Assembly: GCA_032718475.1 (NCBI GenBank) | Contig: JAUCBJ010004174.1 | Location: 1-64,000 of the forward strand | Reading direction: 5' to 3' | Length of the DNA: 64,000 nt | Source: Nemertoderma westbladi | Lineage: Eukaryota > Animalia > Xenacoelomorpha | Shown: positions 1-12,029 of the stretch, one piece after another | Layout of the letters: each line of letters starts with the position of its first letter | Numbering within the stretch: position 1 is the stretch's first letter | Notes under the pieces: generated by a model | Told to the model about the DNA's origin: nothing | Database searches by the model: none | What the model saw: the letters and a program-made list of their open reading frames with translations, nothing else | Position numbers and translations under genes: made by a program

Positions 1-304
1 TTTAGTAAGTATTTAGTTTGTTTCTTTGTTTAATATTTTAAGGAATGCAGTCATCATTTTTTCATTAATTTCTTTAAACAATTAAGAATTGATTAAATCA
101 GTCTTAATTTTCATTAACTTTTGGTTTACAGATGCGTTTGCTGAATGATATTACCAAAAATCTATTGGGCTGCTGTATATCTATCACAGAATAGGCACGG
201 GCTGGGATCTGCTGTAGTTCCATCAGATTTGAATATCGTTTATTGGTAGACTTCTTAATTTTTGGCACGTCAGATTGCGGCCCGAAAAAATACAAAAGAA
301 ACTT

Positions 305-442
305 TATTTGAGTTATTTTGGCAAGATAAATATTTTATGTTGAGTGTATCTATTTGAGTTATTTTGGCAAGATAAATATTTTATGTTGAGTGTATCTATT
401 TGAGTTATTTTGGCAAGATAAATATTTTATGTTGAGTGTATC
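305..442. repeat. 46-bp tandem repeat, 3 copies
   Basis: Unit tatttgagttattttggcaagataaatattttatgttgagtgtatc repeated directly. Confidence 0.9.
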
Positions 443-691
443 TAACTATTAACCTAAGTAAGTAAGACGAAATATTGTCGCTTGCCAATAACGCATTTGG
501 GGCCCGCTTATTCATCATATGTAATACATTAGGTAGCAGAAACCTGAAAATGTATTTGCAGTAAATATACTTATTTAATATATTAATATAATACCCATTA
601 CAAATAGTTTATCAGGTAACTTTACTTTATAGTATGTTGTGGGACAACATATAACTGAATAAATTATAAGAAAAACTTCAAAGGAGTAAAA

Positions 692-1135
692 ATGGGTGGA
701 GAAAGTGATGGGTTTAAGATATTGAGCGGCGTAATTATTCTGGTGTTAGTGTCGGTGACGAATGGGCAGGAATGTCGCAACCAGACTGAATGTATCCAGA
801 ATGAAGACGATGTAATCCCAAGGATTAAATGCTGCACGGATATTCGTGAGTGTTGTACCGAGTATCAGTACAACTACGTGAATGACACAATAGCTATGGA
901 TCCTGAAACTGTGAAAACTATCAATATGGTCATATTAATAGTCGCTTCTACCTGTTTCTTATTCAGCATAGCTGTTATGTTGGTTTATTGCTACAAACAT
1001 CGTAATGATAAGCCCAACGTGGTTGCCGTTGGTTACTCAGAATTAGCCATTGCTAGTGATTGTGACCCTCTAATTGGCCAACCGAAACGGCCCATACCTC
1101 GAATGGTGCCTATGGCTTACCCATTGTTTGTATGA
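692..1135 (+). CDS. Intronless 147-aa type I membrane protein with small 6-Cys ectodomain (Shisa/WBP1/VOPP1/CYYR1-like architecture)
   Basis: AAAATGG start. Signal-peptide-like ILSGVIILVLVSVTNG, then C-x5-C...CC-x5-CC, a transmembrane segment MVILIVASTCFLFSIAVMLVYCY and a Pro-rich tail (PMAYP). AATAAA at ~1286. Family call rests on architecture only. Confidence 0.75.
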   Translation: MGGESDGFKILSGVIILVLVSVTNGQECRNQTECIQNEDDVIPRIKCCTDIRECCTEYQYNYVNDTIAMDPETVKTINMVILIVASTCFLFSIAVMLVYCYKHRNDKPNVVAVGYSELAIASDCDPLIGQPKRPIPRMVPMAYPLFV

Positions 1136-1336
1136 CAGACAGACTACCACTACAATGTCCTGAATTTTAATGTTTAATTAATTATTATTTAACTTTAATT
1201 AGTTGTCATTGACTATTTACTTGAGACTTTTATAAAAATTTACATTATAACGTTTTCGTCTCAAGTTAATTGTCAACCTAACTTTAATAAAACTTTTAAA
1301 TGTTCCAGTAAACTAATAGTGTTTTATAAAACAAAC

Positions 1337-1560
1337 CTGATATCGCTAAGATATCTTTGATAGTTTAGTATCCTGGCAACGAAGGCGCCACCCCTAAGTC
1401 CCACGTTGTTGTATCCCAGGTTCAGAACCGTCAGTCTACTGGGGGTCTTTCCCATGGCCAATGAGAGGAGGTACAAATCGTGGTCAGTCAGACTACAGGA
1501 CTCCAAATCCAATGATTGTACAACCGAATTGTTTTCCAATAAAAGACAGACTTCCTCAAA
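1337..1560 (-). CDS. Internal exon of a leucine-rich-repeat (ribonuclease-inhibitor-type) protein gene
   Basis: Acceptor ttctccacag at 1561 and donor AG|gtttgt at 1336. Encodes FEEVCLLLENNSVVQSLDLESCSLTDHDLYLLSLAMGKTPSRLTVLNLGYNNVG with LxLxxN/CxL repeats. Phase 0 join to exon 3328-3725. Confidence 0.85.
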
Positions 1561-1770
1561 CTGTGGAGAAATATTAGCCTGAGTTGTAACTTATTCCGAA
1601 AAAGTCATGCCGTTTAAAAACAGCCTCTGACTAAAGGAGTCTTCTTAAATTGAAGGCTATAGAAATTACCATTGTCTTTGCGATGCGACTGAGTTATACT
1701 GTTCTCATCACAATGAATAAAAAGTAAAACTTTATGTAAATGTATGATTTCAACACGATTGAATTTACCT

Positions 1771-2630
1771 CACGCTTATAGCACAGTATCGATTCTCACC
1801 AACGCTTATAGCACAGTATCGATTCTCACCAACGCTTATAGCACAGTATCGATTCTCACCAACGCTTATACAGTAGCACATAATTTAATTCACTCCAAGA
1901 TTATAGTACATAATTTAATTCACTCCAAGATTATAGCACATAATTTAATTCACTCCAAGATTATAGCACAGAATTTAATTCACTCCAAGATTATAGCACA
2001 GAATTTAATTCACTCCAAGATTATAGCACAGAATTTAATTCACTCCAAGATTATAGTACATAATTTAATTCACTTCAAGATTATAGTACATAATTTAATT
2101 CACTCCAAGATTATAGCACATAATTTAATTCACTCCAAGATTATAGCACAGAATTTAATTCACTCCAAGATTATAGCACAGAATTTAATTCACTCCAAGA
2201 TTATAGTACATAATTTAATTCACTTCAAGATTATAGTACATAATTTAATTCACTCCAATATTATAGCACAGAATTTAATTCACTCCAAGATTATAGCACA
2301 GAATTTAATTCACTCCAAGATTATAGCACAGAATTTAATTCACTCCAAGATTATAGTACATAATTTAATTCACTCCAAGATTATAGCACAGAATTTAATT
2401 CACTCCAAGATTATAGTACATAATTTAATTCACTCCAAGATTATAGCACATAATTTAATTAACTCCAAGATTATAGCACATAATTTAATTCACACCAAGA
2501 TTATAGCACATAATTTAATTCACTCCAAGATTATAGCACAGAATTTAATTCACTCCAAGATTATAGCACATAATTTAATTCACTCCAAGATTATAGCACA
2601 GAATTTAATTCACTCACCATTATAGCGCAG
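1771..2630. repeat. 30-bp intronic minisatellite (two related unit types)
   Basis: Three copies of aacgcttatagcacagtatcgattctcacc, then about 25 copies of cactccaagattatagcacagaatttaatt. Confidence 0.95.
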
Positions 2631-2724
2631 TATCGTTCAATATATTTTTGTACTTATTTTATCTTTCAAATCGTCTAATTAACCAACATGTAAATAATAG
2701 TTTAATGTTACAGCAATACTTAAT

Positions 2725-3250
2725 ACACACATGTTCACGTGGTAAGGATATACACACATGATCACGTGGTAAGGTTATACACACATGTTCACGTGGTAAG
2801 GTTATACACACATGTTCACGTGGTAAGGTTATTCACACATGTTCACCTAGTAAGATTATTCACACATGTTCACCTAGTAAGATTATTCACACATGTTCAC
2901 CTAGTAAGGTTTCATACATGTTCACGTGGTAAGGTTATACACACACGTTCACCTAGTAAGATTATTCACACATGTTCACCTAGTAAGATTATTCACACAT
3001 GTTCACCTAGTAAGATTATTCACACATGTTCACCTAGTAAGGTTTCATACATGTTCACGTGGTAAGGTTATACACACACGTTCACCTAGTAAGATTATAC
3101 ACACATGTTCACCTAGTAAGATGATTCACACATGTTCACCTAGTAAGATCATTCACACATGTTCACCTAGTAAGATTTCATACATGTTCACGTGGTAAGG
3201 TTATACACACACGTTCCCCTAGTAAGGTTTCATACATGTTCACGTGGTCA
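2725..3250. repeat. ~27-bp intronic minisatellite
   Basis: Unit cacacatgttcacctagtaagattatt and variants, about 19 copies. Confidence 0.95.
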
Positions 3251-3327
3251 GATAATAGTAAAAAAGGTTATACACACGAATACAAGTGATAAGAATTTCA
3301 GTTAAAAGTTAAATTCGATACCGGTAC

Positions 3328-3725
3328 CTGATCATTTAGGAAGTTTGTTCCACAGAGGTTTACATTGCAGATATTAACAATAGAACTGGACGGACCAACT
3401 GGTCTCACTGTTTCTATATCATTCTTACAGCTAATAGCTTCATCCACATCTGGGATGATATTATTATCATTCTTCTCACGCATTGCTGTTTTATGATTCT
3501 TCTGATTATCAATGTTAGACGAATCGATAAGTACATCCCTCATAACTAATGCGTCAGCTTTGGCATCAACTTTGTTAATTTCTTCCCCACCACGGTTGGA
3601 TTCGTCTCTGAAGTCGGATTTTCTTACTTTTATCAATCTGGGTGTTTTGAAACTTTCTTTCAGTTTGGTGCCATTATCATGAGAAGTTGATTTCCTTAGT
3701 TTAACCATTCTTCCATTTGGGTATT
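3328..3725 (-). CDS. Exon of the same LRR protein gene (low-complexity N-terminal region and first LRR)
   Basis: Acceptor tttttgcag at 3726 and donor CAG|gtaccg at 3327. Open frame ends ...NVNLCGTNFLNDQ and joins FEEVCLLL in frame. Confidence 0.75.
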
Positions 3726-4010
3726 CTGCAAAAATTGTTTCAAGTTAAAAGAAACTTTCTAACCATTTTTTCCATTCACGGTTCTGTCTATTGTTAAGAA
3801 AAAACATAACTAAAAAATATTTAGATAGGCGTGCATTTTAGGGTGTAACCGCACTCTAGAAACAATCCCCCCATCCCCCTCTCTCATACTGGTTGACAGA
3901 TCACCAACACTATCTATGCTTGTGTGTGTATATTACTATATATTGCTACATACATATTACTATATATATACTTATATTGTATATTGACTGGAATGTGTAA
4001 TCAGGCCTAC

Positions 4011-4023
4011 TTATTTTTTGCAT
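4011..4023 (-). CDS. Possible first coding bases of the LRR gene (MQKI-K)
   Basis: ATG at 4023 and phase-1 donor A|gtaggc at 4010, matching the phase-1 start of exon 3725. Acceptor cctttcag at ~4067. Too short to be sure. Confidence 0.35.
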
Positions 4024-4529
4024 CTACATATCTTGATAACTCCTGTAGTAGCAGTAACCAGAAAATCTGAAAGGTAGTTTCTGCAGGGTGATGCCTATCG
4101 GTGTTACAATGACTCATTAACAATAAGGGAATCATAGACTCTCGGGGGTTATATACTGTTAAAATATTCATATTAATATTTATACGTATGTTGTGCCGAA
4201 CTTAGGCTACAGCATGAAATCAAGTTAATTATATTTTGGTCGCTTCCATGAATGTAACACAAGAGCAAGTCCCGTCAAAGAGCCAGCCTCATTCCTCCAG
4301 GGAAATAGTACTTTTAAAGGAAGTTTATATATAATAAATTGGAAGTTTGCAAAAAACATTGACGCCAGTTTTTCACACAGTTTGGTCATCGTCTCTGCAT
4401 CCAACTTAATATTTCGGCTCTGGATTTTTTTATGATAGTTTTAAACGTCGCAGCTTGCTGTTAAAACTCGACAAACATGCAGTATATACTGTACATGTAT
4501 ATACTGTGTATATACTATAACATGCATAT

Positions 4530-4937
4530 ACAGACAGGGAATTGTCCCTGACAGACTAGGGGTGGTCCCTGACAGACTAGGGGTTGTCCCTGGCAGAATA
4601 GGGGTGGTCCCAGACAGACTGGGGTGGTCCCAAACAGACAAGGGCCACTAGGGGTGGACCCAGACAGACTAGGGTTGGACACAGACAGACTAGGGTTGGA
4701 CACAGACAGACTAGGGGTGGTCCCAAACAGACTAGGGGTGGACACAGACAGACTAGGGGTGGACCCAGACAGACTGGGGTGGTCCCAAACAGACAAGGGC
4801 CACTAGGGGTGGACCCAGACAGAATAGAAGTGGTCCCAAACACACTAGGAGAGGACCAAGATAGAATATTGGTGGTGCCAAACAGACTACATGCATATGG
4901 TCCCAAAGATACTAGGGGTGGTCCCAGATAGACTAGG
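4530..4937. repeat. ~21-bp GC-rich minisatellite, left part (split by the LTR element)
   Basis: Monomer cagacagactaggggtggtcc and variants; the same family resumes at 20813. Confidence 0.95.
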
Positions 4938-5985
4938 TGTTCGCGCTTTTAGACCTTTTAACAGTTTAACCTGCTAATTTAAGTGTCTCCTGAATCGACA
5001 TTTGCCCGTACTAATTGACATCAGCTGAAGCCAGCCTAGCGCGGCGTATGACCCACGGGTGTGGGAGACTGGATTCAGTTCTAGAGCAGTTATTGCAGTA
5101 GGCTACTTTGTATTATTAGATTGATCACTACTATATAATCTCCGACAACTATATTTACTTTCGGGGAAATATTAACAGTTCCTTTGGGACGTGGCGCTTT
5201 AAGTATCAAACAGAGTTATGACTTACACTAATCACAACTAGTGGCAATAAGATATCGCAAATGGCGCATTCTTTAGGAATGCTTTATTAACCTTCACACT
5301 AATGCACACTGATTTGCCGACTGTCACTGATTTTGATCATATATAAGGAGGATTACAACTCACGTAGTTTGGGATTATGAAATAGCATTTATTTCACATA
5401 AAAACCACTATAAATTGAGCCACAATTGCTACTGATACACCCTTCTGCTTACCTCAGTAATTCAGAAAGTCAAGGGGGATTTTACGTTTATCCATCAGTA
5501 TTCTCCAAATATAACATCCATTAATATAAACAGCAATTAACAATAATATAAAACAGTATATTAGAAAACAGTGCGGTGAAATCAGTCAGTATGTATGTAA
5601 TGCAGTGAAATACGTTGGTATGTATGAGTTACGATGTTTCAATGTTAATAGATTTGCGTTCTTATGACTCTAAGCCTCTGATGTTAGGGCGAAAGTCTGA
5701 AAGTCAGAATGTACGAATGAATCCTGAATGAAATATGAATTCTCGGAAAACTGCCGCATTGCGTCATCTCCCATAGGCCGCTGTTAACAGAGAAAGGAAG
5801 ATTGTTCTGCAATTGGCTAAATCTATGTCAACAAAGGTCGATTCCTCACACAAAGGAACAGCTGGTAGATTTCGTCATTCCAACTCTGGGTTTTTGACAG
5901 ACACGTATTTGTACAATTCTAAGCCCTTTTAGAGTATTTAGCGCATTGCGCAAAATGACTTATTTTGACCGCAAAAGCTTTTACA
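4938..5985 (-). repeat. 3' LTR (1048 bp)
   Basis: Begins TGTAAAAGC on the minus strand after a purine-rich GGGAGCGG (PPT-like) and ends ...GAACA next to the TSD. 5356-5985 matches 20185-20812 with about 22 differences by manual count. Confidence 0.9.
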
Positions 5986-6028
5986 CCGCTCCCAGAAAAT
6001 GGGATTTAAGTCTATAATATATATAAAA

Positions 6029-9000
6029 TCACATCCTTCTTTCACGAACGGCGTATTGAAGTTTTTTTAAGACTGGTGAGAGTCTTTTTCTCTTTGGGGC
6101 GAGCCACTTTACTAGGAGGGCTATAACTCCTGGGGGAAGGGTGCAATACAATTGCATCGGAAGGGTTAGGATTGCGGTTGGTGTATCCGCTGGTCGAGGT
6201 ACCCGGTTGATTGATATCGATATTGGTGGATCAGGATTGGACATCCTTTAGGGCTCGTTTCAGGACGGCAGCTCGTACTGGCCCTTGATTGGTTGTCTGT
6301 ACGACAGCGGTGGGTTGACCATACGTAGTGAGGAATTTTCTTGGTTTAATCGTCTTTTCTAATTCGCGTTCCCTGGCTTTGTATTCATATGGTCGTCTAT
6401 GAACTTCTTGTAACTCGGGATGTGCGTTTATGAATAATTCACCATATTCAGGATCTTGGCGGATAAAGTTAATCAGGTTATAAGAATCCAAGCTATTGGG
6501 ATTGATATTTCTCAGATATTTCCGAACGTATTTGGTTGAAACACTCTCGCCTACACGTTTCATCAGTTCATAACTAGGAGTGCGAGATTTTTGTTCAACT
6601 GAGGAAAAGAGATATGGGTGAAACGCATAAACTCCTTCATATGCATATCCTGGATAATATCGGTGGCGTGATTCGCAATGGAGATCCGCACTAGCTTCCC
6701 AAGATCTGATTTAGCGTAATGCAACTATTTCGTCCACGCTTTCTAGGTCTCGGTTGAAAGGGCAATCGAAACTAGTGTGTCCTTTGAATTGGCAGTGATG
6801 ACATTGAGTCATAAATTGAGCACAAACAGCGAAAATATGCTGATCGTTGAGTCGACAAAAATCATAATAAATTTCCATAGGAGGTTGGTCTTTAAAGTAG
6901 GAGCAGCGTTTGTTGGAGTCTAAAGGGGTAAAGTGGTCACATGATGCACATAATCGACAATGTTTCCTAGAATTGTAATTGGCATGCCGATAAATCATAT
7001 GCCGTGAAACGTTGTGGACCTTGATACCATTCCAACACATAATCATTATCACTACACCGGGTGTTATGGGTTGAATTTCTTCAGATTGTAAGCAAATTGG
7101 TTCTTCTTCAACTTGCAGAGCTTCGACGGATGTAGCCATTTTCTCTAGGGAACCCACCGTTTGAACTTCCACAATAGAGTATCCTGTGGGAATTCTGGGT
7201 CTTTGCATGACGGATGAATGTAGATTCTGTACGCAAACGTCCTTGAAAATGGCAAATCCAGCGCTATCCAACTTCTCAGTGGCGGAATCTCTCAAGCTGA
7301 GTCTGGTCAATGCGCGGTCTTTAAACTGACTATCAACGTTACGGAATGGAGTCAGAAAGCGCCTAAAGCATTCGAATCGGATGAATTTATTGTGTTCATC
7401 TAGTTTAGCGAGTTTAGTTCCAAGCACTAAGGGGTGAGCGCGTATAGTTCAACTGTACACATCGGCTAGCAACCGGCAAGTGCGGCGTTCTCGAAGATGG
7501 TATATATAGCTAAGGAGGGACGGAGTGGCACACTCATAAAGCTATAAACAACTCCAGGTGCTATTAATGGTCCATCAAAATATAATCGCGAATAATGGTC
7601 GCCATATATTCGTTGATAACTGATGGGATCCCCAACTTTAAAATTCCATCTGTATTCCTGGAAGGCCAGATGTCCGATGGAGGTTCTTTGTACTTTGTTA
7701 ATTCCACTCGGTGTATTGGCATAAATGGTCCGGAAGGGTATGGGATATTTTCCATATTTCTAAAGTCGTTTTGGAGATCTCCATAAATGGCTGAACCGAT
7801 CTTAACTATTCTTTCGTCGAACAGCATTTCGAGGACTGGTTGGGGTAGCATAGATCCATCTATACCCATTGCTGGTTTACGTTCGGTGTTGGTTACATAA
7901 CGTTGCGCGAGTTCGAATTGTCCATGTATAAGTCTCTTTTGTATATCTGTAAGAGTTTCAAAAGAGTGGTCGATCGCGTCGGAACAGCCCAAGTAAAAAC
8001 ATGGGTAGAACCAGCTAAACCTCATATATGTATCATTCATGTAGTTCGTAGTTCTCCAACAGGAACACTACCTTCGTTATTGTAGGTAACAACTCCGTAC
8101 ATTTCGATAATGTTGCGAGTTTCATTCCACTCTTCTGTGGGCCTTTCTATGGTCATGCCCACCGGATGCCATAATGTCACGCAGTCACTGGCGTTGGGTA
8201 AATCGCAATATTTTAAATAATGCGTAGTATGTGTAGCTTCATCTCCATATATCTGTATTCTTTCTTCTTCAAACAATATATCTAGATTCCAATGGACTAG
8301 TCGAGTTTTAATAAATCCATCGAGATTATATGGAGGTATTACGTCATTTTCTATTCTTGAAACATTATAAGGTTTTCTAAATAAGTTTGCTTTAACTAAT
8401 TGATCTAAATGTTTTTGTAGTTGTTCAAGTTCAACAAGGTTGAGGGGATTTATCAATGGTAGAAACTTTAAACTATGTGTAGGATCTTCGGTTTTCACCA
8501 TATAATATTGAGTTAAATGGACATAGTAGGGGTGGTCTTTGATCCTGTAAAATGAGTTCTATAAAGGTCTAGCGCGTATGTTAACCTCGTGTACCATACG
8601 ATGGATAAGATCCGCTCGATTCTCTGGAGGTTCAACGAGTATACCGTCGACACGAGCAGCTTCGATTGGTGGATGTTGTAACATAGGAGCGTCAGCGATA
8701 AGATCTCGAGATTTCAAGTTGATATCAACCGGTTGAGGTTGTGCTGTCGCGAATAGTTTATCTCCGAAATGAAGAACCATCGAAGGATGAATGACGGTTT
8801 TGGAATAGAGATCAGTCATAAGTATTTGAGCATCAGGTTGGGCTAAAGCTGCTTCTTCTCTCTCGTCCATTTCGATATGTTTCTCCACGAGCTGATTCTC
8901 CTCCGCTTGTCTTTGAAAGCGTTCGTCTAAGAACTCTTGTAGCAAGTATGTACGTCCAAGTTCAATATCTTCCTCCAGATTCTTGATTTCGCGATCGAAC

Positions 9001-10230
9001 TGAGGTAAAGCTAATTCTTTTACCGCTTGGACTTATTGCTGCAATCTACGTTTGTCTAAACAATCGTAGGTTCCCTTTCCGATCTTTTGCCGAATCGCGT
9101 CCAGTGCGTTCCGTATAACACTTTCCTCCACCTCGGTGACAGGTTGTATCGAAGTCAAACCGGGATGATTATACGGGTTGAACGGAGATATTAGATGTCT
9201 GTGTCCCAATCCGGCTAGGTAGGATGGGCAAGTATCCAAAGAGCCCACAACCGGAGTGCTACCGACTAATTGTTCGGGTAACACCAGATCTTTGAACAAT
9301 GAGTACAACTCAGGAGGATCTGTCATACTGTTAGGGTCGAGAGTCTGCGGTCGCACCGGGGAATGAGGAGGTCTGACCGAGTATTCTGAAACTCTGATCA
9401 TAGGTTTACTTAAAGATTGTTTGAGCCGAGCGAGCGTAGGTAGTACGTCGAACAAGTTTCGCTCAAAACTCCCATAAGTACAGCGAGTAAAACTGTGTTT
9501 AGCACAACGTCTCCGCGGGTGTTTATGTCGTTCCGTTTGTTGATTGGGTCTAGGGCATTCATCGCAGCAATACCAAAGACGCACATCTTGTAAAGGAAAC
9601 GCTGGCGATCTTTCTCCAGTTTTACAATATTCCTCCATCTGGTATCATCTATCTGGTACAACAGGTAATGGTCGATTGGTGGTAAGATACATCATAGTAA
9701 AATACAGTCGTTTAAGTTCCATCATGGGATTAGGATGTATACCTTGCGGATATCGAGTTTCTAGATTTTGTTGACTAGCTACATTGAGATAAGTTTCTCT
9801 CAGGAACTCTAAATATTCGTAAAGGTCACTACGCTTGTCCGGTTCTTCAACATCTTCTCTTTCGAGTCGGTTTCGAATAGAATTTTCATGTTCAATTCTC
9901 AGTTTGTTGTTCTGACTCCGCTGGGCATGATATTTAAATAAAATCATCTCCCTTTCGGTATCCACATCGTCAGTATTGTGTAAATCGATAGGATGACCAG
10001 TAGTTAAGAAGTCCATATACGTACCATTACAATGCGTATAGCGAGCGGTGAATTTTCTATAGTCCAAGTCACGCTGGAGCTGTTCCTCGGACATTGGCGG
10101 TTCGATATAACGTCCATCATCTTCCATCGTATGTTGACACGCATCGCCGCTTATCAAACTATCAACAAACGCTTGTAGAGGTAGAGTATATCGCTCCCTG
10201 ATACCAAGATCATCTTCTATAAACTAAGTC
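6029..10230 (-). pseudogene. Extra (ORF3-position) retrotransposon ORF broken into 8 pieces: Cys/His region, coiled coil, DEDDy-like 3'-5' exonuclease fold, zinc-knuckle cluster
   Basis: Co-oriented abutting ORF fragments between integrase and the 3' LTR. Motifs: VVTYNNEG (ExoI-like), LPQPVLEMLFDERIVKIGSAIYGDL (ExoII-like), PLRPSLAIYTIFE (ExoIII-like, ~7490-7530, frame not in the ORF track) and CHHCQFKGHTSFDC (CX2CX4HX4C). Confidence 0.7.
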
Positions 10231-12029
10231 ATAATAGATATATGAGTATATTATTGAGATTATAATAAATAAGGCTAGCGAGCGTCGCCGCCTTTACTCC
10301 CCCTCTGCCCCCAGACAGCCCTGAGATCCTCAGCGATGATGTACTGTTGTTTCTGTGCCCCTTGCCAACGTAGTAGCCACACAACGACAACAATAATCAG
10401 CATGAGTCACTCTACTGTCCGTCCCAAGGGCTCGAATATACTGGAGGTACTTGTTACAGATGTAGGATAACTTTCACAATTGTGGCTCGCTACTGTAAAC
10501 ACACTTTAGTAGTAACATTCACCTATAAATACACAAATTCCACATTCCTGCCATAATTTGTAAAAATTAGGGCCATTTGTCCGTTAGTCAGATGCCTTCC
10601 AGAATGCCACGTTATTATTATGTATCCTTGGATACTATCAAGATGCTATGTATTATGCATGCTATTCAATGGGGTAAGCTTTCTATTGTTCTTTTAACTC
10701 ACTTCTAATTCTAGCGTGGTTGTTACTATGGTGACATTATGCAAAGCTAGCGGTAGAATTAGGGTATTTATCATGCATGCAGATCTGGGATGCTATTTAG
10801 TAGCGACTCTTGGGATATTAATATTCCCTTTATATATGATTTTTATTAATTTTGTCGACTATTGTCTGTACACTGGAGATTCTCTCACACTGCTATACTT
10901 AAAAGGGTGGATCTCCGCTCCCATGATCTATTAATTGACAGAATTTTCGGAATATTAATAAATTGTATAAAATGACAATTTATTTAATTCATGAGAGGAT
11001 ATGAATTTAAAATTTATTCCCGTGAATTTTATTATTTTACATTAAAATAGACACAGTTTTATTCCAGAACATGTCTGGGGCCGCTAATCCTTGATTTCAG
11101 AAATTTTGTCTTTTAAGTATATAAGTACCTATATATAGGTAAGTGCTGCGATATCTTAATCAACTCAAAATTTAGAGGATCTAAGGTTTAACATAATTTT
11201 ATTTTCAACATTTTGTTATACCAAATGTTGTGAATATTTAACAAATAGTTAATATTAGGATGGGCACCGATTTATTCCAGAACATGTCTGGGGACAGGGA
11301 CTGATTCTAGAATTTTGTCTTTCAAGTATATCGGTGGGTGCCACTATCTTAAACGACTAGAATTTCAGATGGTCAAAGGGTTTAACAGATTTATTGGTCA
11401 AAGAATTTAACAGATTTACTTTGACAGCGCTACTGCTAAATTGACATCTTTCTACTATATGTATTATTTAAAATATGGTACGAGAGCAATATTGCAAGAA
11501 GCAATGTGAGTGAGAAGAGGCAAGTCGTTTCAAAGGTCTACCCAGAGCTTGGTTTAGCCGAGACACGAGGATCTGAACTTTGCATTCCTAATACTCTACT
11601 TTACCAATAATACCTAAGTATAGTAGGAGCGGTATAGATTGTACTTTAATAAGTACCGACATTTCATCTTACTGTAGTCACGCATTTATAATAGAATATG
11701 GACAGTAAGGAAAGAGAAAATGAAATTATTCCTCGCCGTTAACTAAATATATTATACTAAGTAATTAAGTAATAATATACGAAATATATTGCACTAATCT
11801 ACTGAATAATTGTTTAAAATATTATTCTACTAAATAAAATTAAATAAAAGGATCATAATAATATAAATTACATAATAATGCGTACATAAATATAAAATAA
11901 AACAAATAAAATAATAGAGTCACACACCCACTCCAATCGCTGTTACATTGTGGAGTCCCTAGATGTTTGTTAGATTAGGGAGGTGGTCGTAGGAAGAGTC
12001 TCTTATTTTCCGTAGTAGCCAGACAACTC

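Noticed and set aside
1744-3198. Repetitive ORFs (NLIHSKIIAQ, HVHLVRLFT)
   Set aside because: Stop-free frames of 30-bp and 27-bp intronic minisatellites.
6029-10157. Operon of small viral or bacterial genes (ATGA overlap at 8037-8040)
   Set aside because: ExoI-like and ExoII-like motifs fall on either side of the overlap and pol is similarly broken, so one decayed ORF is the simpler explanation.
6029-10157. env gene
   Set aside because: No signal peptide, transmembrane anchor or fusion-protein pattern is visible; the motifs point to nucleic-acid binding.
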